Assembly: GCA_017436645.1 (NCBI GenBank) | Contig: JAFSCR010000012.1 | Location: 1,123 to 65,122 of the forward strand | DNA: 64,000 nucleotides | Source: Clostridia bacterium | GTDB taxonomy: Bacteria > Bacillota > Clostridia > UMGS1883 > UMGS1540 | Direction: 5' to 3' | Shown here: positions 56,905-64,000 of the stretch, in pieces | How the letters are laid out: each line of letters starts with the position of its first letter | Numbering within the stretch: the first letter of the stretch is position 1 | Position numbers and translations under genes: made by a program | Notes under the pieces: generated by a model | Told to the model about the DNA's origin: nothing | Database searches by the model: none | The model's input: only the letters and a program-made list of their open reading frames with translations

Positions 56905-57645
56905 ATGGAGAAAAACGCTTCCCGCATTCCGTGGATTGACGAGCTTCGCGGCATTTCCATTCTCGCCATGATTATCCACCACATTGCCTTTAATCTCATC
57001 TACTTTCTGCGCCTTCCGCTCCCATGGCTCTCCGGCTTTTTAAACGGGGACGTTTTTCTGGCGGTACAGACGGTTTTTATCGCCATATTTTTGGGGCTTT
57101 CCGGTGTCTGCTCTCATTTTTCACGCCATCCGTACAAAAGAGCGGCAAAAGTTCTTTTCGGGGCATCACTCGTTACCCTTGTAACCTATATCCTCTATCC
57201 CGATGAAGCCATATATTTCGGCATTTTGCACTTCCTCGGCATTTCCATGCTCTTTGCCGCTGTTTTGCGGAAAATGCCCCGCATAAAAAAGCCGCTTTTA
57301 TGGGCGGCGGTTTCTCTTCTCTGGTTTTTGGTCATGTTCCATTTGCCTGACGGCTATTTAGGCTTCGGCCCCCTTTCCGTCCGTTTGCCGAAAGCACTTT
57401 ATCGGGGCGGTTTTCTAATGCCCCTCGGCTTTGCCTCCCCCCATTCGGCATCGCTGGATTATTTCCCCGTTTTCCCGTATATCTTTTTATTTCTTGCCGG
57501 CTTTTTCCTCGGTCAGCTTCCCCTGCCGAAGGGCAGAAGCCACGCCCCCTTTCTTGCCCTTTGCGGCAGAAAGAGCCTTTGGATTTACTTACTCCATCAG
57601 CCCGTAATTTTCGGCATTTTCCTTCTCCTTGAGAAGATTTTATAA
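56905..57645 (+). CDS. DUF1624/HGSNAT-like acyltransferase-family membrane protein
   Basis: 246 aa multi-TM; N-terminal RIPWIDELRGISILAMIIHH motif typical of the family. Confidence 0.5.
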   Translation: MEKNASRIPWIDELRGISILAMIIHHIAFNLIYFLRLPLPWLSGFLNGDVFLAVQTVFIAIFLGLSGVCSHFSRHPYKRAAKVLFGASLVTLVTYILYPDEAIYFGILHFLGISMLFAAVLRKMPRIKKPLLWAAVSLLWFLVMFHLPDGYLGFGPLSVRLPKALYRGGFLMPLGFASPHSASLDYFPVFPYIFLFLAGFFLGQLPLPKGRSHAPFLALCGRKSLWIYLLHQPVIFGIFLLLEKIL

Positions 57646-57660
57646 GAGGTGATTTCTATG

Positions 57661-58437
57661 GATTGGTACCGCATGAAAACCGTTTTGATTTTTTTATTTT
57701 TAGCCATCAATCTTTTCCTTGGCGCCCTTCTCGGTTACGAAAGCTTTGCCGAGCATAAATCGGCAAAGGAACGGACCGAAGGGACTGTCACGGTGCTCCA
57801 AAACGGCGGTGTTTCCGTCTCGGCACAGGTGCCCACGTCTGCCCGTCGTCTCCGTGCGCTGACCCTTGAAAACCCTTATGCCGACAAAGCGGCTTTTGCA
57901 AGTCGTCTCCTCGGCGAAGGTGCCACGGCCTCCGGCGATGGCTATGAAAAGGACGGGAAAAGCGTCCGCTTTATGGATAAAGGCTTTGTCTATCAAAGCA
58001 CCGCCGCCCTCACCGCTGATAAAAAGCATATTGCCGCCATGAAAAAAGCACTCGAATCCATGGGCTTTTCCATGCGGTATGCCAAAGGGAGCTTAGAGGA
58101 TGGCGCCGTCGTTTTTACGCAAATCATCGATAAAGTGCCGCTTTTCGGTTGCCGCCTTTCTGTCTCTCCGGCTTCTGACGGCTCGGTGGCCAAAATGGAA
58201 GGCACATGGGCAAACGTACAGAATGTAAACGGCGAGAAAAAGCAGGTTTCCATTGCCGCACAGGCACTCCTCGCCTTTTTGCAGGAAGGCACACACGAAG
58301 GGGAAACTGTAAAGCGCATAGAATGTGGCTATGCCGTTCTCCTTTCTCCGGGTGGATACCGCACGGCGGATGCCGTTCCTGCATGGCGCATCGAAACAGA
58401 AAACGGCACAGTCGCTTTCTTCGATGCAAGGCAGTAA
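57661..58437 (+). CDS. YycI-like membrane-anchored regulatory protein
   Basis: ORF track 57649..58437; N-terminus MDWYRMKTVLIFLFLAINLFLGALLGY resembles B. subtilis YycI (MDWNKTKSIFI...FL); single N-terminal TM + ~230-aa extracellular domain. Confidence 0.45.
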   Translation, partial: DWYRMKTVLIFLFLAINLFLGALLGYESFAEHKSAKERTEGTVTVLQNGGVSVSAQVPTSARRLRALTLENPYADKAAFASRLLGEGATASGDGYEKDGKSVRFMDKGFVYQSTAALTADKKHIAAMKKALESMGFSMRYAKGSLEDGAVVFTQIIDKVPLFGCRLSVSPASDGSVAKMEGTWANVQNVNGEKKQVSIAAQALLAFLQEGTHEGETVKRIECGYAVLLSPGGYRTADAVPAWRIETENGTVAFFDARQ

Positions 58438-58582
58438 TTTGTGCAATTTAACTAAAATTTTTTAAAAAATATTGGCTAAAATAGGCATTTCGCAAATGCA
58501 TTTTTTATATTATAATAAAGAGTAACGGACACATTGTAAAAAATACAAGTTCCAAACATTTATTATAGAGGAGGAAACGCAT

Positions 58583-60658
58583 ATGAAACAGTACACAGTT
58601 GACAAAATCAGGAACGTTGTGCTCATGGGGCACGGTGGGGCCGGTAAGACGTCTTTTGCAGAAGCCATGCTTTTTAATGCAGGCGAAGTGGACAGATTAG
58701 GCAAATCCAGTGACGGTACCACCACTTCCGACTATGATCCCGAAGAAATCAAACGTTCCATTTCCATAAATACCACCATGATTCCTTATGAATGGAAAGA
58801 CACCAAAGTCAATATCATGGATACGCCGGGTTATTTTGACTTTGTAGGCGAAGTGAAAGAAGGCGCCCGTGTTGCCGGTGCTGCCATTATATTGGTTTCC
58901 GGCAAAAGCGGCGTGGCAGTCGGCACGGAAAAGGCTTGGGAATATGCAAAGGAAAGAAGAATTCCTGCCGCATTTTTCGTAAATAAAATGGACGATGAAA
59001 ACGCAAACTTCGTCCGTGTTATGATTGAACTGAAGAACACCTTCGGCAAGGCTGTTGCACCCTTCCAGGTGCCCCTTCGTGAAAATGGCAAATATATCGG
59101 CTACGTTGACACGGTAAAGCTCATTGCCTATCGCTTTGAAGGCATGAAGCGCATCCAGATGGATGCCATTCCCGATACGGTTACGGCAGAGGTTGAAGAA
59201 GCCCGTCAGTTCCTTATCGAAGCCGTTGCGGAAACCGACGATGCACTCATGGAAAAATACTTTGAGGGCACCGAGTTTACAACCGAAGAAATTTCCACCG
59301 CCATTAAACGTGGCTTTAAGCTTGACGAAATCGTTCCCGTATTCTGCGGCAGCGCCACAGCCAATATGGGTATTATGAACGTAATGGATGCCATCGCTTC
59401 CTACTTCCCGTCCCCCTTAAATGCAAACGAAGTACATGCGACGACCGAGAGCGGCGAAGACAAAATTCTGCCCCATGACCCCCAGGGTCCTCTTGCCGCC
59501 ATCGTCTTTAAGACCATTGCAGACCAGTTTGTCGGTAAGATTTCCCTCTTCCGTGTATATTCCGGTACTTTAAAGGCTGATTCCACCGTTCTGAATGCCG
59601 CCACCGGTACAACGGAAAAAATCGGCAAGCTTTATGTTCTTCGTGGCAAAAAGCAGATTGAAGTGGACAGCATTGGAGCGGGCGACATCGGCGCCGTAAC
59701 AAAGCTTGCTTCCGTACAGACGGGTCACACCCTCTGCGCCCCCGGTGCACCCCTTACCCTTGAAGGCATTGCCTTCCCCAAACCCAACCTTTCCCTCGCC
59801 ATTGTGCCGAAAGCAAAAGGCGATGAAGAAAAGATTTCTTCAGGCCTTCGCAAGCTGGAAGAAGAAGACCCCTGCTTCATGGTTACAAACAATACCGAAA
59901 CCCGTCAGCAGGTTATCTCCGGTATCGGCGAACAGCATCTTGATGTTATCGTCAGCAAGCTGAAAACAAAATTCGGCGTGGATGTTGACCTTATCGAACC
60001 GAAAGTTCCCTACCGTGAAACCCTCCGCAAGAAGGTTAAGGTACAGGGCAGACATAAAAAACAGTCCGGCGGTCACGGCCAGTTTGGTGATGTATGGATT
60101 GAATTTGAACCGGGCGAAAGTGAAGACCTCGTTTTCGAAACCAACATTTTCGGCGGCGCTGTTCCGAAGAACTTCTTCCCTGCCGTTGAAAAGGGTCTTC
60201 GTGAATGTATCCAGAAGGGCGTACTTGCAGGCTACCCCGTTGTAAACCTCAAGGCCACACTGGTTGACGGTTCCTATCATCCTGTTGACTCTTCCGAAAT
60301 GGCATTTAAGGTTGCCGCTTCCCTCGCTTATAAGGAAGGCCTGAAACAGGCCGGTCCCGTTCTTCTTGAACCCATCGGCAAACTGTCCGTCGTCATTCCC
60401 GAATCTTATATGGGTGACGTTGTAGGCGATGCCAACAAACGCCGTGGCAGAATCCTCGGCATGCATCATACAGGCAAAGGCATGGGGCTTGTCGAAGCCG
60501 AAGTGCCCATGAGCGAAATGCATAAATACGCTACCGACCTTCGCTCCATGACGGGCGGCCGTGGCAGATTCACGCTGGAATTTGAACGCTACGAGGAAGC
60601 ACCCGCCAATGTTGCACAGGCAATTATTGCAGCATCTAAAGTAGACGAAGAAGAATAA
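58583..60658 (+). CDS. elongation factor G paralog (EF-G-like translational GTPase)
   Basis: 691 aa; G-domain GHGGAGKTS, NIMDTPGYFDF, NKMD; domains II-V collinear with EF-G. Confidence 0.8.
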   Translation: MKQYTVDKIRNVVLMGHGGAGKTSFAEAMLFNAGEVDRLGKSSDGTTTSDYDPEEIKRSISINTTMIPYEWKDTKVNIMDTPGYFDFVGEVKEGARVAGAAIILVSGKSGVAVGTEKAWEYAKERRIPAAFFVNKMDDENANFVRVMIELKNTFGKAVAPFQVPLRENGKYIGYVDTVKLIAYRFEGMKRIQMDAIPDTVTAEVEEARQFLIEAVAETDDALMEKYFEGTEFTTEEISTAIKRGFKLDEIVPVFCGSATANMGIMNVMDAIASYFPSPLNANEVHATTESGEDKILPHDPQGPLAAIVFKTIADQFVGKISLFRVYSGTLKADSTVLNAATGTTEKIGKLYVLRGKKQIEVDSIGAGDIGAVTKLASVQTGHTLCAPGAPLTLEGIAFPKPNLSLAIVPKAKGDEEKISSGLRKLEEEDPCFMVTNNTETRQQVISGIGEQHLDVIVSKLKTKFGVDVDLIEPKVPYRETLRKKVKVQGRHKKQSGGHGQFGDVWIEFEPGESEDLVFETNIFGGAVPKNFFPAVEKGLRECIQKGVLAGYPVVNLKATLVDGSYHPVDSSEMAFKVAASLAYKEGLKQAGPVLLEPIGKLSVVIPESYMGDVVGDANKRRGRILGMHHTGKGMGLVEAEVPMSEMHKYATDLRSMTGGRGRFTLEFERYEEAPANVAQAIIAASKVDEEE

Positions 60659-60774
60659 TCGCACAGGGAATGTAAAAAAAGTCCAGATTGCAAAAAGGGA
60701 GAAAAACTATTTTAATCCGCAATTGTGTTCCCCCAACGGCAATGGGAGCCTATTCAGGGATAATCATTTATGAA

Positions 60775-60806
60775 GAGAACCTTCTTTCGGAAGGTTCTCT
60801 TTTTAT
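60775..60806 (+). terminator. rho-independent terminator (GAGAACCTTC-TTTCG-GAAGGTTCTC + T-run)
   Basis: perfect 10-bp stem and T5 after the EF-G paralog. Confidence 0.6.
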
Positions 60807-61036
60807 ATGCCCTTTTTGCTATAACCAATTTGTGCCTCTCGGCGTACGCCAGTACGCCGTCGGGTTCCCCTTCGGGCACAAATTGCTTATTCTGAACATT
60901 TTTTCCTATTCCCCTAAAGCCTGCAAGGTCAAGGCGTAAAAAGCGAGTCGCATACGGGGGCGCAGGGTATCGTGCCATACCCCACAAAAAAAGAATATAA
61001 TATTTTTTCTTCACTATTCTTTTCCCCCTCTCCGTG

Positions 61037-61065
61037 TTGACATTCCGGTAGCAAAGTGCTAAAAT
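61037..61065 (+). promoter_or_regulatory. promoter TTGACA-17-TAAAAT for the MATE gene
   Basis: consensus -35, 17-nt spacer. Confidence 0.45.
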
Positions 61066-61097
61066 AGTAGGGTACTTTTTATTTGGAGGAAAATGCC

Positions 61098-62501
61098 TTG
61101 ACAGAAAACAAAGAAAAAAGCTTTTTGCATATCCTTCTGACCCTCGCCCTTCCCATTGCCATTCAGAATCTTCTCACCAGCTCCTTCACCCTTGTGGACA
61201 CCCTTATGGTAGGCTCACTCGGGGATGTGCCCCTCGCCGCCGTGGGCATGGCAGGGCAGTGGAGCTGGCTTCTCAATATGATAACTTTTGGCATCTGCTC
61301 CGGTGCCTCTGTTTTCTTTGCCCAGTATTTCGGCGAAAAGAATAAGCGTGGCATTGTGCATACTTACGGGCTTTCTCTGGCCCTCGGCCTTGCCGTGGCA
61401 TTTTTCTTTATGTTGGTGGGCCTTTTTTTACCGGAAGGCGTTATCCGCATATTTAATCGGGAGCCGGCAGTTGTCTCGGCAGGTACCCAGTATCTGAAAA
61501 TCGCCGTATTTTCCTATCCTGCAATTCTACTGAATATGCTCATTAACACGGTGCTCCGCTCCACCGGCAGAGTGCGCCTTCCCATGGTGGTTTCGTTTTT
61601 TACCACCATACTCAACGCCATCCTTGACTATGGCCTCATTTTCGGCGCTTTCGGTCTGCCCCGTCTCGGCATTTCCGGCGCCGCCATCGCCACGGTCATA
61701 TCCGCATGGAGCGGCCCTGTCATTATATTCACGATTACGGCTTTTATGAAGGACGAAATTTTCTTCGCCCCTATAAAAGAGCTTTTTGGCTTTTCAAAGT
61801 CCTTTTCTGTTTCCTTTTTGAAAAAGGCTGCGCCCGTTGTTTTAAACGAAACCCTGTGGGGCCTCGGCACGGTGATTTACAGCGTTATTTTCTCCAATAT
61901 GGGGTATGAATACTCCGCCGCCGTTTCCGTCTTCCGCACTTTTGAAAACATTGCCCTTGCATTCCTGATTGGCCTTATCAACGCCGCAAGCGTCATTGTA
62001 GGGCAGGATATCGGCAGCGGCAACCTTCGAAGCAGCCTGAAAAATGCGGCGAGATTTATGGTCGCCGTGCCCGTTTTAAGCCTTTTCATCGGCTCCCTTT
62101 TCATCATTTTCCGCACGCCGCTCGTTTCCTTCTTTGACTTTGGCGGAAACCTTTCCGAAAAGACCCTCTCCGCCGCCCGTGCTATTTTTGTGGTATCGGG
62201 GATAGAGCTTGCCATCCGAAATGTGCCCTATGTTGCCATTTGCGGTGTGTTCCGTGCAGGCGGTGATACGAAGACGGGTACGAAGTATGAACTCGTTACG
62301 CTCTGGGCCATCTCCGTGCCCATGACGTTTCTTGCTGCCTTCGTCATAAAGCTTCCCTTTATCGCCGTTTTCACCTGCAGTCTCCTTTGCGAGGATGTAC
62401 TGAAGTCCATCTTATGTCTTAAGCACTATAAATCAAACCGCTGGATAAAACCCGTAACGGATACGGGCAAAAAGGCGCTGGAAGAATATCTGTCCAATTA
62501 A
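61098..62501 (+). CDS. MATE-family efflux transporter
   Basis: ORF track 61083..62501 (TTG); TTG at 61098 has better RBS spacing (GGAGGA). 12 TM, MATE characteristic N-terminal region. Confidence 0.75.
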   Translation: MTENKEKSFLHILLTLALPIAIQNLLTSSFTLVDTLMVGSLGDVPLAAVGMAGQWSWLLNMITFGICSGASVFFAQYFGEKNKRGIVHTYGLSLALGLAVAFFFMLVGLFLPEGVIRIFNREPAVVSAGTQYLKIAVFSYPAILLNMLINTVLRSTGRVRLPMVVSFFTTILNAILDYGLIFGAFGLPRLGISGAAIATVISAWSGPVIIFTITAFMKDEIFFAPIKELFGFSKSFSVSFLKKAAPVVLNETLWGLGTVIYSVIFSNMGYEYSAAVSVFRTFENIALAFLIGLINAASVIVGQDIGSGNLRSSLKNAARFMVAVPVLSLFIGSLFIIFRTPLVSFFDFGGNLSEKTLSAARAIFVVSGIELAIRNVPYVAICGVFRAGGDTKTGTKYELVTLWAISVPMTFLAAFVIKLPFIAVFTCSLLCEDVLKSILCLKHYKSNRWIKPVTDTGKKALEEYLSN

Positions 62502-62534
62502 AAAATCAAGGCGGCACTTTTGTGCCGCCCTTTC
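62502..62534. terminator. bidirectional terminator (AAGGCGGCAC-TTTT-GTGCCGCCCTT)
   Basis: perfect GC-rich stem between convergent MATE gene and 62535..62978. Confidence 0.55.
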
Positions 62535-62978
62535 TTATAAATACGGTCGAAGTTCTATGGCCAGTTCTGCCTCCAAATTGATTAACCTTTTTGCAATATC
62601 CTTGGAAACCTCGTCCGCCGCCTTGTACTGGTTAAGGTACTGATTCAGGCTTTTTACACCCATGTTGCACCCCTCCGTCATAAGGTCGGCAACGGTCTCG
62701 TCCGAAGGGTTTAGACTCATCTTCATATTGGTTTTCATTTTCGACATCGTCTTTGCAATCGGTGCAGGCTCTTTCCCCTCATCTTCGTATTTTCTGAGTA
62801 GCGAGCCAATTTCCCCGTCCAGTTTTTCATGCGCCTGCTTTGAATCTCTCAGGTGCTTTCGCATCTCTTCATTTTCCACACGGTCAATGACATCTTCAAT
62901 GGAGGCAACCCCCATCTTCACGCCTGCATCGCATTCCCGTAAAAGCTTTACCGTATCCTGTTCTACCATTTCAATCAT
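62535..62978 (-). CDS. hypothetical helical protein (147 aa)
   Basis: ORF followed by a strong hairpin + T7 terminator at ~63025-63057; no family assignment. Confidence 0.4.
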   Translation of the reverse strand: MIEMVEQDTVKLLRECDAGVKMGVASIEDVIDRVENEEMRKHLRDSKQAHEKLDGEIGSLLRKYEDEGKEPAPIAKTMSKMKTNMKMSLNPSDETVADLMTEGCNMGVKSLNQYLNQYKAADEVSKDIAKRLINLEAELAIELRPYL

Positions 62979-63059
62979 CCTTTCCTGAAGATAGACTCAG
63001 TATGCCCCATTTTTCCATATACTATAAAAAGACTGTGAAAAAACACAGTCTTTTTTTGT

Positions 63060-64000
63060 TTATTTAACGAGTCCGGCACCTCTTGCACCGCCACAGTCAC
63101 CGCTTGCATCTGCAAAGCCGAACGCATAAAGATGCCCTTTCACCGTAAATTGCAGGCGAAAAACTTTATCATTTAAATCACGGACAGAAAGGTTGTCAAA
63201 CGTAAGCTCTGCCCCCGTCTTGTCCCCTTCAAAGAAAGTCTTGCCGAGAAGGGCACCATTTTCGTCAAGCACTTCGCACGTCACTTTGCCTTTTGCATTG
63301 AGAATCATTTTTTCCTTGCCGGTAAACCGGAGCTTCCGCGTCAGAAGAGTACCTTCTCCGTGCATGGAAACAAATCCGTCACGGCGAAGCTTTGCAAGCC
63401 CTGTGGAAGCATTTCTGTACATGCCGTTTGTAATCCAGTATTCCTTTTTAAATCGTTCATCGCCGCGAAAACCGATGTAGTATAGCCACAGCTCGTCACC
63501 GCAAATCATCACCACGCCGCCTGCGGACTGGACGTACCCTCTGTCCCACGCCCCCTCCTTTTTGGAAGAGCCGATGAAAATTTCCCTTGAAGGGCGGGAA
63601 AAATGGTAACCGTCTCGGCTGTACATGGGGATAAGCCCCGTCACCTTGGGCGTCGCCGTTTCCTCGCACGCCTGATTTTCCGGTCCGTGCATCATCTGAA
63701 ACATACCGAGCATAATGCTTTCGTACCCGACGCAGTCCACATTGTAAAGCTGGGGAGGCATACCGATTTCGGGGTCGGGAAGGTCCTTTTCGTCGCAGGA
63801 AAGCCACGGCAACGCTTCTTCCGCCTTCCACTTGGCACCACCTAAAAAATCGTCACACTCTCTGTATCTTCTTGCCCTGTACCAGCCGTTTTCATTCGTT
63901 TCAATGCTTCTTATACTGTAAACCCATTTTTTGCGGAAGGGGTTATAAAAGGTGGTGCTTCTGTCCCCCACTTCGCTCGTAAATTGAAATTTCTCAAAGT
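63060..64000 (-). CDS. glycoside hydrolase, beta-propeller type (GH43/GH32/GH130-like), N-terminus beyond window end
   Basis: ORF track 63060..63971 uses an internal GTG, but the frame stays open to the window edge (…FEKFQFTSEVGDRSTT…); W/Y/G-rich propeller-like sequence. Confidence 0.4.
   Translation of the reverse strand, partial: FEKFQFTSEVGDRSTTFYNPFRKKWVYSIRSIETNENGWYRARRYRECDDFLGGAKWKAEEALPWLSCDEKDLPDPEIGMPPQLYNVDCVGYESIMLGMFQMMHGPENQACEETATPKVTGLIPMYSRDGYHFSRPSREIFIGSSKKEGAWDRGYVQSAGGVVMICGDELWLYYIGFRGDERFKKEYWITNGMYRNASTGLAKLRRDGFVSMHGEGTLLTRKLRFTGKEKMILNAKGKVTCEVLDENGALLGKTFFEGDKTGAELTFDNLSVRDLNDKVFRLQFTVKGHLYAFGFADASGDCGGARGAGLVK

Noticed and set aside
60754-61014. 86-aa minus-strand ORF between the EF-G paralog and the MATE gene
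   Set aside because: Overlaps the EF-G terminator hairpin and the MATE promoter; Arg/Lys-rich low-complexity product; likely spurious.
1-64000. CRISPR arrays, rRNA genes, insertion sequences
   Set aside because: No regularly spaced short direct repeats, no rRNA-like conserved stretches and no transposase ORFs were seen anywhere in the window.

Overview
Firmicutes-type chromosomal segment with about 50% GC in most of its length and tight, mostly minus-strand operons. (1) Positions 1-12.7 kb hold a defective prophage remnant. It carries portal, scaffold, major capsid, a 515-aa fiber-like protein, a PBSX-style XhlA-like/holin/amidase lysis cassette, three unknown late genes and a CI-like XRE-S24 repressor. 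No terminase or tail module is present. A SPFH (YdjI/COG4260-like) gene plus a membrane-protein partner sits at the left edge. (2) Positions 12.7-28 kb are housekeeping: mazEF (ndoAI/ndoA), nnr, mscL, asp23, a TPP riboswitch with thiT, an MFS transporter, two tandem ceramidase-like paralogs in a sugar isomerase/FGGY-kinase operon, trmO, and an alpha-oxoamine synthase-DMT-ddh operon. (3) Positions 28-34.3 kb are the PerR-rubrerythrin-BFD oxidative stress locus. It is interrupted by two tandem low-GC insertions delimited by three direct ~57-bp copies of the rubrerythrin 3' end. Insertion 1 carries one internally duplicated membrane protein. Insertion 2 carries a tightly packed XRE - Fic (class II) - DUF262 (ParB-like) - HEPN-like (Rx4H) cassette plus one divergent hypothetical gene. 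I consider this cassette the best candidate for an undescribed defense/toxin system in the window. (4) Positions 34.3-64 kb are housekeeping: PAP2, rapZ, murB, glcK, hprK, proBA, yjbQ, tsaE, fhs, comM-like, divIVA-domain, gltX, nrdR, rpiB, tsaB, a WalRK/PhoPR-like two-component system, uxaE-like, nadE, an RHH/AbrB-like pair, a second SPFH paralog with five zinc ribbons, a YycI-like protein, an EF-G paralog, a MATE transporter and a partial glycoside hydrolase. No CRISPR array, rRNA or convincing tRNA was seen. Coordinates for features absent from the ORF track come from manual counting and may be off by 1-2 nt.
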